Source: an uncultured Chloroflexia bacterium (GTDB taxonomy: Bacteria > Chloroflexota > Limnocylindria > Limnocylindrales > CSP1-4). From it: DNA of 64,000 nucleotides. The translations under genes and the position numbers were made by a program. The stretch covers positions 32,001-96,000 of the forward strand of contig CAVYIM010000005.1 of assembly GCA_963768655.1 (NCBI GenBank), read 5' to 3'. A model generated the notes under the pieces. It saw only the letters and a list, made by a program, of their open reading frames with translations, did no database searches and had not been told where the DNA came from. Shown piece after piece: positions 49,158 to 58,534 of this stretch (its first letter is position 1; every line of letters starts with the position of its first letter).

Positions 49158-49352
49158 TTGTTTTCACCCTACCTCGCTCGTGAGATGCACATGGAACGTC
49201 AACGGGAGATCGAGAGCCAGCTTCGGTTCCGGTCGGTAGACCGGAGCCAGATCCGGCACCGCTCTCTCCGCCACCGGATCGGCCGCGGGTTGATCCAGTT
49301 CGGATCGATGCTCGCCGCCGATGGAACGCTACAGGTGGCCGCCCGACGCTGA
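49158..49352 (+). CDS. Small hypothetical protein
   Basis: AAAGGGA RBS; helical, RIGRGLIQFG motif resembling 62754-62978. Confidence 0.55.
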   Translation: MFSPYLAREMHMERQREIESQLRFRSVDRSQIRHRSLRHRIGRGLIQFGSMLAADGTLQVAARR

Positions 49353-49387
49353 GGCGCCGGGCGGCCACGCCCCTCCAGGAGACCAAC

Positions 49388-50188
49388 TTGACCGCAATCA
49401 GGCGCGAGGCGTTGGCCAGCTACGCCTTCGTCGAGCGCAACTTCAACCTCACCAAGCGCTACTTCGGCTGGGAAGTGGCGTTCCTCGCCTACGCCGTGGC
49501 GGGCGCGCTGTCGGTCTCGCTGATCGGCCAGTCCGTCGGCAACCGCCGCCTGCTCATGTCGCTCGTAGTCGGCGCTGTCTTCTGGAACTACCTATCGGTG
49601 GTCTTCCAGTCGATCGGCGACACGATCACCTGGGAACGATGGGAAGGCACGCTCGAGTACACGATGATGGCGCCGGTCCGGCGCTCGGTTCAGCTGCTTG
49701 GGTCCGCGCTCTACGCCGTGGTGTACGGCCTGATCCACACCGCGATCCTGCTCGTCATCCTCGTGCTCTTCTTCTCGCTCGACCTCGGGCACGCCAACCT
49801 GGGCGCGGCCGCCATCTTCATGATGGTCGGCTCGGCCAGCTTCATCGGCATCGGCATGCTCGCCGCGATCATGCCGATGATGTCCGTTGAGCGTGGCTCG
49901 CAGATGGTCTTCGTCATGCAGTCGTGCCTGCTGCTCATCAGTGGCGTCTACTACTCGACCGACATCCTGCCAGGCTGGATGCAGTTGCTGTCTCGCATGT
50001 CGCCGGCCACCTACGTCCTCGACGCGGTCCGTCGGTCGCTGATCGACGGCGCCTCGCTCGACCAGCTTCTGCCCGATCTGTGGCCGCTGCTGGCGATGGC
50101 CTTCGTCTTCATCCCGCTCGGGCTGTGGGGCTTCGGCCGGGCCGAGCGCTACGCCAAGCGGACCGGAAAACTCAAGAGGGTGGGCTGA
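49388..50188 (+). CDS. ABC-2 type transporter permease
   Basis: Six TM segments, ERWEGTLE, SGVYY...LPGWMQ..S...PATY. Confidence 0.92.
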   Translation: MTAIRREALASYAFVERNFNLTKRYFGWEVAFLAYAVAGALSVSLIGQSVGNRRLLMSLVVGAVFWNYLSVVFQSIGDTITWERWEGTLEYTMMAPVRRSVQLLGSALYAVVYGLIHTAILLVILVLFFSLDLGHANLGAAAIFMMVGSASFIGIGMLAAIMPMMSVERGSQMVFVMQSCLLLISGVYYSTDILPGWMQLLSRMSPATYVLDAVRRSLIDGASLDQLLPDLWPLLAMAFVFIPLGLWGFGRAERYAKRTGKLKRVG

Positions 50189-50189
50189 C

Positions 50190-50495
50190 ATGATCGTGCG
50201 CCCAGATACCGCCGGCACGGTGCCGGCGACGCTCTCCTGCCCCCGCCGGGGTTCCGACCTCGACATCGTCGACCTGTTGCCGGTACATCTCCTGTCCGGG
50301 ATCGGCACGGCCCTTCTTTCGGGCGTCGTCGACTGGGCTCGGGCCGGCGGTTTCGAGCGCGTCCCGGTCGATTTCGAGACGGCCAATCTGCTCGCCCGGC
50401 GCTTCTGGTCGAGTTCCTTCACCGCGGTCTGCCTGTCATTCGAGCGTCACCTCGACGATCGACTCGTTGGCCGGGCACCGGAGCCGGACCGATGA
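50190..50495 (+). CDS. GNAT acetyltransferase C-terminal fragment (possibly truncated)
   Basis: GIGTALL motif A and N..ARRFW; N-terminal half absent. Confidence 0.55.
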   Translation: MIVRPDTAGTVPATLSCPRRGSDLDIVDLLPVHLLSGIGTALLSGVVDWARAGGFERVPVDFETANLLARRFWSSSFTAVCLSFERHLDDRLVGRAPEPDR

Positions 50496-51592
50496 CCGGC
50501 CCCGACATGGTCGAGACCGGCGGTCTGAAAGCCTGGGGCTGGGACCCCGGCTGGGCCGCCGCGTTCGATGCCTCTGCGGGATCGAATGGCGACCGCCGCT
50601 GGGCCGCACGCGTCGTTGCCCAGCATCGGGGCGCATGGCTGCTCGCCGCCGAGCTGGGCGAGCGGTCTGCGTCGCTCACCGGTCGGTTCCGCCATGAGGC
50701 CCGAGACGGTGAGCTGCCCGCCGTCGGGGACTGGGTCGCCTGCGTGCCGTCGCCGCACGACGGCGAGGCCCGTATCGACGGCGTGCTGCCCCGCCGCTCC
50801 GCGTTCATGCGGCGCGCGGCCGGGTCGCGCGTGGGAGCCCAGATCGTGGCCGCCAACGTCGACACGCTGTTCGTGGCTACCTCTCTCAACGGCGATCTCA
50901 ACCCGCGCCGCCTCGAGCGGTACGTGGCGATGGGCTATGAGTCGGGCGCCGAGCCGGTCGTGCTGCTCACCAAGGCGGACCTTGCGGAGGCCGCCGGCGC
51001 CACGGCGGCCCGCCTCCATGCCGAATTGCGGGTGCCCGTGGTCGCCCTCAGCGCGCGTACCGGCGAGGGCATCGGGTCGGTGGGCCGATGGTTCGCCCCG
51101 GCCAGGACGCTGGCTCTTGTCGGGTCGTCGGGCGTCGGCAAGTCGACCCTGCTCAACCGCCTCGCAGGCGAGGAATTGATGGTCACGCGCGAGATCCGCG
51201 ACGACGACGCCCGTGGCCGCCATACGACGACCCACCGCGAGCTGTTCCGGCTTCCGGGCGGGGCACTGATGCTCGACACGCCCGGCATGCGCGAGTTCGG
51301 ACTGTGGGATGCGGACGAAGGGGTGGACGAGACCTTCACCGAGATCGTCGAGCTCGCGGCCGGCTGCCGTTTCGCCGACTGCTCGCACAAGTTCGAGCCC
51401 GGTTGCGCGGTGCGGACGGCGGTTGCCGACGGCCGGCTCGATTCTGGACGGCTCAAGAGCTATCGGCGTCTCGCCCACGAGCTGGCGGAACAGCCTTCCG
51501 CCTCGCAACAGCGCGAGAGGGACAGGCGGTTCTACAAAGCGGTCCGCAACGCGGCAGCCGAAAGCATGGTCCGCAAGACGTATCGCGGGTAG
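50492..51592 (+). CDS. rsgA: Ribosome small subunit-dependent GTPase A
   Basis: Circularly permuted TKAD, GSSGVGKST, GRHTTT, DTPG; CRFADCSH..EPGC zinc finger. Confidence 0.95.
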   Translation: MTGPDMVETGGLKAWGWDPGWAAAFDASAGSNGDRRWAARVVAQHRGAWLLAAELGERSASLTGRFRHEARDGELPAVGDWVACVPSPHDGEARIDGVLPRRSAFMRRAAGSRVGAQIVAANVDTLFVATSLNGDLNPRRLERYVAMGYESGAEPVVLLTKADLAEAAGATAARLHAELRVPVVALSARTGEGIGSVGRWFAPARTLALVGSSGVGKSTLLNRLAGEELMVTREIRDDDARGRHTTTHRELFRLPGGALMLDTPGMREFGLWDADEGVDETFTEIVELAAGCRFADCSHKFEPGCAVRTAVADGRLDSGRLKSYRRLAHELAEQPSASQQRERDRRFYKAVRNAAAESMVRKTYRG

Positions 51593-51655
51593 GGCGTGCC
51601 GCTCGGCGACATTTGCGTCTTGACCGCGCGGGCGGCGGCGGGGATGCTCAGGGGG

Positions 51656-52234
51656 ATGCGCGACTTGCTGCCACCTCGCCGCGCCCGCCTGGTCCTGGTG
51701 CCTCTTGTCCTGGCGTGCGCGGCCTGCTCCGGCGGGGCCGTGACGCCCGCCCCTTCATCGCAGACCGCGGAGGAGACCGACATGGCCGGCTTCGAACTAA
51801 AGAGCCCGAGCTTCGTCGAGGGCGGCCCGATCCCGATCAAGCACAGCTGCGACGGCCAGGACGTCTCCCCGGCCTTGATCTGGGAAGGCGCTCCGGCCTC
51901 GACCGCAGCCCTGGCCCTGATCGTGGACGATCCCGACGCGCGCGGCTTCATCCACTGGGTCGCCTACAACATCGCCGGCGGTCCGGCCGGTGGACTGCCC
52001 GAGGGCGCCGGCGCGGCGAGCGCGCCACCGCAGGGGCGCAACGACTTCGGCCGCACCGGCTGGGGCGGTCCGTGCCCGCCCGGCGGAACGCATCGCTACC
52101 GGTTCACGCTGTATGCGTTGTCGGCGCCGCTCACGCTGAGCGGCACTCCGTCGGCGAGCGAGGTGCGCGGGGCGCTGGCCCGCGTCCTGCTGGGCCACAC
52201 CATCCTGACGGGGACGTACACGCGCAGGAAGTAG
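51656..52234 (+). CDS. YbhB/YbcL (PEBP/Raf kinase inhibitor-like) protein
   Basis: SPALIW, DPDA, FIHW, GPCPP, HRYRF; start may instead be 51782. Confidence 0.9.
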   Translation: MRDLLPPRRARLVLVPLVLACAACSGGAVTPAPSSQTAEETDMAGFELKSPSFVEGGPIPIKHSCDGQDVSPALIWEGAPASTAALALIVDDPDARGFIHWVAYNIAGGPAGGLPEGAGAASAPPQGRNDFGRTGWGGPCPPGGTHRYRFTLYALSAPLTLSGTPSASEVRGALARVLLGHTILTGTYTRRK

Positions 52235-52299
52235 GCGCCGCTGCGGCGCTCCACCGAGCCGTCGCGCCGCCACTCTGGCCGACGGGCGCGAGACCCGGA

Positions 52300-52758
52300 C
52301 TATGCGCCGGCCGCCTCTTCGGCCTCGATCCTGCCCTTGAAGGAGGCGAAGCCCTGGTCCGCGGCCTGCTGCATCGGGCCCTGGATCATCGGCTCGAACC
52401 CGCCCAGCAAGCCGCCCAGCGTGGCATCGGCCACCCAGGTCACGCGAGTCAGCTTCGGCCCGAGCTCGGCCAGATCGATGGAGCCGGTCCCGTTGATAGG
52501 CCCGCCCATGACGGCGCCCTCGATCGTCGCCGCGATCCGCGACGGGGCTTCGAGGTCGGTCACCTGGAGGTCCAGGACGACGCTCATCGGCATGGCTCCC
52601 GCCGGCGCCGAAACCGTGACCCTGTAGTGACGGTCGTCGATCTTCTCGATCTGAGCCTGGCCCGAGGTGCTCGAGGCGGCAGCGCGGTTCGGGTTGCTGA
52701 CGGAGTCCCAGACGCGCTGGCGGCTGGCCGCGATCTCCGTTTCTCCTGACAGATGCAT
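52300..52758 (-). CDS. CoxG/SRPBCC family protein
   Basis: IAASRQRVWD, TRVTWVADA..GG SRPBCC pattern; GGAGG RBS. Confidence 0.8.
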   Translation of the reverse strand: MHLSGETEIAASRQRVWDSVSNPNRAAASSTSGQAQIEKIDDRHYRVTVSAPAGAMPMSVVLDLQVTDLEAPSRIAATIEGAVMGGPINGTGSIDLAELGPKLTRVTWVADATLGGLLGGFEPMIQGPMQQAADQGFASFKGRIEAEEAAGA

Positions 52759-52944
52759 CGTTCCTCCCGGGCGCGGACTGCGTGGTGGTTGGTCGGGTCT
52801 CGACATGTTAGCGGCTCGGCAGGTCGGCCGGCCGGTCCAGTCGAGGTGACGATCGTGGCCGTTCGAGCTTCGGGCGCCCGCCCGCCTTACCTGCCGCTTA
52901 CATCCGCCCCACGGACCTGGCATCGGGCGACGTATCCTGCGCCA

Positions 52945-53658
52945 ATGAAGACCATCCTCGTCGTCGACGACGAGCGCAACATCGTCGAGCTCGTGCGGCT
53001 GTACCTCGAGAAGGAGGGCTTTGCCGTCGTGGCGGCCGGCGACGGCGAGCAGGCGCTCGTCCAGTACGAGCGCACCGACCCCGCCCTGGTGGTGCTCGAC
53101 TTGATGCTACCCAAGATGGACGGCTTCGAGGTCTGCCGGGAGCTGCGCCGCCGGAGCGACGTGCCGATCCTGATGCTGACCGCCCGCTCCGAGGACGTGG
53201 ACGCGATCGTCGGCCTGGAGCTCGGCGCCGACGACTACGTGACCAAGCCGTTCAACCCACGGGCGCTGGTGGCACGGGTCAAGGCGATCCTGCGGCGCAC
53301 CGACGCGACCGCCAAGGGCGGACGGCCGATCGAGGTCGGCAATCTGCGCATCGATCCACGACGGCGCGAGGCGCTGGTCGGCGTCCGGCGCCTGGAGCTG
53401 AGGGCGCGCGAGTTCGACCTGCTGGCCGCACTGGCGCGCGATCCCGGCGTCGTGCTCACCCGCGACGCACTGCTCGAGGACGTGTGGGGCACTGACTTCC
53501 CGGGCGAGACCCGGACCGTGGACGTCCACGTCGCCGAGGTGCGCAAGAAGCTCGGCGATGACGGGCCGCAAGTGGAGACGATCCGAGGCCTGGGATACCG
53601 GCTGGTGCCTCCTCCCCGGGGCGCGGTCGAACCCGGCCCGTCGACCGTCGCCGACTAG
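52945..53658 (+). CDS. OmpR/PhoB family response regulator
   Basis: ILVVDDE, LDLMLP, GADDYVTKPF, RTVDVH, TIRGLGY. Confidence 0.95.
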   Translation: MKTILVVDDERNIVELVRLYLEKEGFAVVAAGDGEQALVQYERTDPALVVLDLMLPKMDGFEVCRELRRRSDVPILMLTARSEDVDAIVGLELGADDYVTKPFNPRALVARVKAILRRTDATAKGGRPIEVGNLRIDPRRREALVGVRRLELRAREFDLLAALARDPGVVLTRDALLEDVWGTDFPGETRTVDVHVAEVRKKLGDDGPQVETIRGLGYRLVPPPRGAVEPGPSTVAD

Positions 53659-53670
53659 AGGCGCCCACCG

Positions 53671-55101
53671 ATGCTGCCGCGCGGGCTGACCGGCCGAATC
53701 GTCCTGGCCTTCGCCGGCCTGGCCGCGGCGATGCTGCTCGCCGTCGCGGCAACCCTCTTCGTGGTGCTGCACCAGCTCCATGAAGACGAGATCAAGGATT
53801 CGCTGTCACGCCAGATCGTCCAGGTGGTGGTCAACCTCGCCAGCGAGACGCCCGACCAGTGGGACTCCACGCTGACCGCCTACGGCGCCTCGGTCGCCGC
53901 CGACGGCGGCTACGTCCTGGTCCAGACCCCCGACGGCGCCATCCGGGTCATGGCCGGCAATCCCTCGTCTTTGAATGTGCCGACCACCGGCCCCATCGGG
54001 AGGACGCAGACCTCCAACGGCAACTGGTACGTTTACGCCGAGGCGAGCAAGAATGCCGCCGGCGGCCGCACCATCCTGTTCGCCCTGCCCGATACCTCGG
54101 CGCGGCAGGCGCTGGGCGATCTCGGCGGCGCGATGCTCATCGTCGCCCTCGTCCTGCTCGTCGTCGGCATACCCGTGGCGTGGCTTCTGTCGGGGTCGCT
54201 GACCGGGCCGATGCGCCGCCTCGCCAACGCCGCCGCCGAGCTGCCGGCCGCCTCGGGTGAGACCAAGCCGCTCCCGCTGGAGGGTCCGACGGAAGTGAGG
54301 GCCCTGACCGAACGGTTCAACGCCATGGCTCACGAGCTGGCGTCGACGCGGCAGGAGGAGACGCAACTCCTCGCCAACCTGCGCCACGATCTGCGCACGC
54401 CCCTGACGAGCATCGGCGGGTTCGCCGAGGCTATCGCCGACGGGACGGCCTCCGGCGATCGGGCCGCGTCGGCCGCCCGGACCATCGCCGAGGAAGCGCA
54501 GCGGCTCGAGCGGCTGGTCGGCGAGCTGGGCGTCGTGGAGAGGCTGCGCCAGGGTCCCGCTTCGCTCCGCCCGGAGGCACTCGACGCGACCGCGCTGCTG
54601 ACCGACGCCGCAGCCCGGTTCGAGGCGCGCGCCACCGGCCTGGGCCTGGCAATCGACGTCGCCGGGGCGATCCCCGGAGAGCCGGCCCTGGCGTTTACCG
54701 GCGACCGGCTGGCCGTGGAGCGGATCCTCCAGAACCTCATCGAAAACGCCCTATCGGTGGTTCCTTGGGGTGGCCACGTCTGGCTGCGCGCGGTGTCGCT
54801 GCGCATGCCGGGACGCCCGACCGGGATCTCTCTGAGCGTCACCGACGACGGGCCGGGCTTCCCGCCCGGGACGGCGGAGCGGGTCTTCGAGCGCTTCTAT
54901 AGAGCCGACCCGTCCCGAACCGGCGGCGGTTCGGGCCTGGGATTGGCGATCGTCCGAGAGCTGGCGCGGGCCCACGGCGGCGAAGCCTGGGCCGAGAACG
55001 TCGCCCCCCACGGAGCGCGGGTGACGGTGCTGCTGCCGTTGAGCCCGGTCGTTCCCGACGCAACGAAGCCGCCCGAAAAGGACGCCGGAACCGAATCCTG
55101 A
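53671..55101 (+). CDS. HAMP-domain sensor histidine kinase
   Basis: 2 TM, HAMP, HDLRTPLT, NLIENA, DDGPG, GSGLGL. Confidence 0.94.
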   Translation: MLPRGLTGRIVLAFAGLAAAMLLAVAATLFVVLHQLHEDEIKDSLSRQIVQVVVNLASETPDQWDSTLTAYGASVAADGGYVLVQTPDGAIRVMAGNPSSLNVPTTGPIGRTQTSNGNWYVYAEASKNAAGGRTILFALPDTSARQALGDLGGAMLIVALVLLVVGIPVAWLLSGSLTGPMRRLANAAAELPAASGETKPLPLEGPTEVRALTERFNAMAHELASTRQEETQLLANLRHDLRTPLTSIGGFAEAIADGTASGDRAASAARTIAEEAQRLERLVGELGVVERLRQGPASLRPEALDATALLTDAAARFEARATGLGLAIDVAGAIPGEPALAFTGDRLAVERILQNLIENALSVVPWGGHVWLRAVSLRMPGRPTGISLSVTDDGPGFPPGTAERVFERFYRADPSRTGGGSGLGLAIVRELARAHGGEAWAENVAPHGARVTVLLPLSPVVPDATKPPEKDAGTES

Positions 55102-55181
55102 CGGCCCGCGCCGGCGGCCTCAGCTCCGGCGGCCTCAGCTCCGGCGGGCTACTCGACTCCGCCTGCCGCTATCCTTCGCGG

Positions 55182-56309
55182 GTGAGCGACGCAACAAATC
55201 AGGCCGGCCCGCCGGCCGAGATCACCCATCTTGTCCGCCAGCGGACCGAAGCCCGGGCCCGCCGCGACTGGACGACGGCCGACGCCCTGAAGGCCCAGAT
55301 CGAGGCCGCCGGCTGGAAGGTCACCGATCACGGCGGCCGAACCTCCGTCAGCCGGGCCGCTCCACCGAGCGTCGAGCTGGACGGAGCGGTTCGATACGGA
55401 TCTGCCGCTGCCGTGCCGTCACGTCTGGATCAGCCGCCCGAAGTGCCCTGGACGGCGATAGTGCTCGCATCCGAATCGCCCGAACGAGTTTCGCGGTTGC
55501 TCGCCGGCTTGCGGGCCCACGCCCCGGGCGCGACTCAGGTCGTGGTCGTCGCCAACGACCCGAGCGAGCTCCAGGCGGCGGCGCTCGCGGACGGCGCTCC
55601 GGATCGTACCGCCATCGACGGGCGCGACGTCGAGGTCCTTCGAACCGCCACTCGCCTGGGCCACGCCGCCGCGCTGAACATCGCCCTGAGACGGGCCGCC
55701 GGTGAGCTGGTGCTCATCGCCGACGGCACCGCCTGGCCGGCCGGTGACGCGCTCACTCCGCTGGCCGCGGCGCTGGCCGACCCGGCGGTTGCCGTAGCGG
55801 GAGCCTTCGGCGTCGCGTCGGCCGAACCCGGACGCTTTCGGCCGTCGGCCCTCGAGCCCTCCGAGGCGCGCCGAGTCGGAGCCATACTGGCCGGCTGGAT
55901 GGCATTCCGACGCTCCGACTACGTCGCGCTGGGGCCGCTCGACGAGCGCTTCGTGACGCCGGCCTGGCTGGACGTCTGGTGGAGCCTGCGCCTCCGGGCG
56001 GGCGCGGACCCCGACTGGACGGACGCGGCACCGGCCGATGCCACCGCGGCTGCCGACGGCGAGGCCGAGGCTGCCGACAGCGGAGCCGAGGCGGCCGGCG
56101 CCCGGACGGCCGAGACCGAGGCAGTCGGACCGGCGGACGCCGGTGCCGGGACCGTCGAGGTCGAGGTCCCGGCGCCACGGCGAGCCATCCGCCTCGACCT
56201 GGCCCTCGAGCACGACGAGGTAGTCTGGCCGCCCGACAGATCGCGGCTGGGCCGCCGCAACATGTACCGCGTGCTCGACCGCTGGGGCTGGCGAGACGAC
56301 CTCGTCTGA
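55182..56309 (+). CDS. GT2-like glycosyltransferase with N-terminal CysRS C-terminal-like domain
   Basis: R.EAR..RDW..AD.LK..I...GW.V.D then VVVVAND, LGHAAALNIALRRAAGELV, LGPLDERF. Confidence 0.7.
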   Translation: MSDATNQAGPPAEITHLVRQRTEARARRDWTTADALKAQIEAAGWKVTDHGGRTSVSRAAPPSVELDGAVRYGSAAAVPSRLDQPPEVPWTAIVLASESPERVSRLLAGLRAHAPGATQVVVVANDPSELQAAALADGAPDRTAIDGRDVEVLRTATRLGHAAALNIALRRAAGELVLIADGTAWPAGDALTPLAAALADPAVAVAGAFGVASAEPGRFRPSALEPSEARRVGAILAGWMAFRRSDYVALGPLDERFVTPAWLDVWWSLRLRAGADPDWTDAAPADATAAADGEAEAADSGAEAAGARTAETEAVGPADAGAGTVEVEVPAPRRAIRLDLALEHDEVVWPPDRSRLGRRNMYRVLDRWGWRDDLV

Positions 56310-56354
56310 GCCGGCGAGCCCGGCGCAGGGCAGGCCGGCCCAGGGTGCGCGTCC

Positions 56355-57704
56355 CTACTGCAGGATCGCGGAAACCACGACCACCGGCCCGATGGCGGGT
56401 GCGGCGCCGAGCTGCACGGCCGGCGAAACCTGGCTCGTGTAGTAATGGTAGGCGGGATCCGCCTGCCACCTGGCGGTGCCTACGAAGTAGCCGGCGACCA
56501 TGACCGCGACCAGCGCGACCACGCCGACGATCGGCAGCGCCAGCCGCTGGAGCCCCGACCTGCCTCCGCCGGGCATCTGCCAGAGCGAGCCGAGCGTCGG
56601 CACCCGGCCCGGCGGCATGACCAGCGCAAGCCACACGCCGGCGACGAGCCCGCCTACGTGGGCGAAGTTGTCGACGTTGCCGAAGACGCCGGAGAAGCCC
56701 AGCACGAGGTTCAGGACGATCAGGAAGCCGATCTGCGAAGCGATGGCCCGCGACTGTGAGTCCAGGACGGCATGGTGGTACTCCGTCGCCACCAACACGA
56801 TTCCGAAGAGCGCGAAGATCGCGCCCGAAGCGCCGACCGAAGCGCCGGCGTCCCCGAAGACGTAGCTGGATAGCGAGGCGGCGATCCCGCCCAGGATGTA
56901 GAAGAACAGCATCAGCCTGGCGCCGTACATCTTCTCCACCACCTGCCCGGCAAACCACAGGGCGTACATGTTGAAGAGAAGATGCAGGATGTCGTTCGGA
57001 TCGTGGACGAGAACGACTGAGAGCAGCCGATAGATCTCGCCGCTGGCGACCAGGTACTTGTTTAGCTCCAGCTGCAGCTCGAGCGGTCCACCGGGACTGA
57101 GCTGACCCGGCGGCGCCGTCCCGCCCTGCATCGCGACCAGGGACGTGACCACCGTCACGCCGATGATCAGGTAGGTCATGAAGGACGGCAGCACGTCGCC
57201 GCGGCTGCGAGCGAAGTAGCGACCAGCGGCCCGGGTGTTGCCGGTCTCCTTGGACAGCCAGCCGAGGCGCGAGGCGATCAGCGCCTTGTCGGCGGCGGGG
57301 GCGCGCCGCTCGCACTGGCGGTAGGCATCGAGCGCGCCCTGCAGATCCTTGGCGCGAACCCGCGCCGCGGCGACCTGACGCCAGGCTCGGTACGTCACCG
57401 GCGTCTCGGGCAGGCTGGTGACTCGCTCCCAGGTGGTCAGGGCGTCGGCCTCGCGGTCCAGGCGGTAGAGAGCGTTACCCATGCCGTACAGTGCGGCCGC
57501 GGAGACGTCCCGGTCCGACGTGCCGAGCGTCCGGCCGTACAAGGCCAGGGCGTGTTCCGGCTCACCGGCCTCCAGCAGCTCGTCGGCCCTGCGAATCAGG
57601 GCGATTGCCGTCGAGCGGTCCAGTGGGCCGGCAACAGACGGGTCGAAGCCGTCCGGAACGGCGGGCTGGCCCTCGAACCGAAGTCCCTCAGAAGCACGAT
57701 CCAT
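56355..57704 (-). CDS. Rhomboid intramembrane serine protease with N-terminal TPR domain
   Basis: HLLFNM, GASGA, AHVGG; helical TPR-like N-terminus. Confidence 0.92.
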   Translation of the reverse strand: MDRASEGLRFEGQPAVPDGFDPSVAGPLDRSTAIALIRRADELLEAGEPEHALALYGRTLGTSDRDVSAAALYGMGNALYRLDREADALTTWERVTSLPETPVTYRAWRQVAAARVRAKDLQGALDAYRQCERRAPAADKALIASRLGWLSKETGNTRAAGRYFARSRGDVLPSFMTYLIIGVTVVTSLVAMQGGTAPPGQLSPGGPLELQLELNKYLVASGEIYRLLSVVLVHDPNDILHLLFNMYALWFAGQVVEKMYGARLMLFFYILGGIAASLSSYVFGDAGASVGASGAIFALFGIVLVATEYHHAVLDSQSRAIASQIGFLIVLNLVLGFSGVFGNVDNFAHVGGLVAGVWLALVMPPGRVPTLGSLWQMPGGGRSGLQRLALPIVGVVALVAVMVAGYFVGTARWQADPAYHYYTSQVSPAVQLGAAPAIGPVVVVSAILQ

Positions 57705-57790
57705 GGCGGGCACTCTACATGAACGAAGGGCCAGGCGCGGCACCGGCAGCCGGCGCAGCGCCGGGTGCCCGCGCGGCGCCGGTTGGCACC

Positions 57791-58534
57791 TCAGCCGGCG
57801 ACAGGCTCCCAGCCCGAGGCCTTGACCGCCTCCGCGAACGCCGCCGCCGGTTCGGTCCCGGCATCGAGCCGGGCGGCAAAGGCGCCCACGACGCGACCGA
57901 ACGAACCGTCGTCCACGGCGGGCGCCTCCAGGAGCGTCGCCTCAGGAGGGAGGGGCGGGGGCGTGGCGCCGGGCGGCAGGAGCACGACGAGCCGGGCCCC
58001 GGCAAATGCCGCGCCCTCGACCACGGCCTCGACCGCGGCCTCGGGGAGTGGCTCCGCGAGCACCACCACCCGCATCTCGGCCAGGTAGCGCAGAGCCAGG
58101 GAGATATCGCCGCCCTCGAGCCCCGGCCGCGCGGCCGGATCGGCGGGCAGCAGTTCGACCTCGGCCCGCGGCCCGTCGTCGTCGCCGCCGTCACCCGCCA
58201 GTGCATCGCCCGCCAGCGCACCGGCCGCGGGAGCGTCGGCGCCACGGGCAGCTGCAGCCATGTCCACGGCTTCGGGCTCCGTGACGACGGCCACCGCGGA
58301 CAGCACCGGGGTGGATCGCGCGGGATCCCGGAGCAGCGCCGCGTGCCCGACACCGAGACGCCCGAGCGCCAGAACGACCGCGTCGCCCGCTCCGTCATCT
58401 CCGACCTTGCCGACCAGCTCCACCGAGCTGCCGAGGGCAGCCGCCGCGGCGGCCACGTCGACGGCAAGCCCGCCGGCACCCCCCTCCCCGTCCGCCGAGC
58501 CGGCGTACGCCGGCAGACCGATGACGACGATCAT
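57791..58534 (-). CDS. PfkB-family carbohydrate kinase-like protein (degenerate)
   Basis: AGG..VDVA.AAAALG..VELVGKVGDD..G N-terminal signature; C-terminal DTxGAGD motif absent. Confidence 0.65.
   Translation of the reverse strand: MIVVIGLPAYAGSADGEGGAGGLAVDVAAAAAALGSSVELVGKVGDDGAGDAVVLALGRLGVGHAALLRDPARSTPVLSAVAVVTEPEAVDMAAAARGADAPAAGALAGDALAGDGGDDDGPRAEVELLPADPAARPGLEGGDISLALRYLAEMRVVVLAEPLPEAAVEAVVEGAAFAGARLVVLLPPGATPPPLPPEATLLEAPAVDDGSFGRVVGAFAARLDAGTEPAAAFAEAVKASGWEPVAG

Noticed and set aside
55112-55147. Short tandem repeats (15-bp here; 21-bp at ~24201-24248; imperfect 28-bp at ~62972-63022)
   Set aside because: Only 2-2.5 copies each; consistent with local slippage, no evident function.
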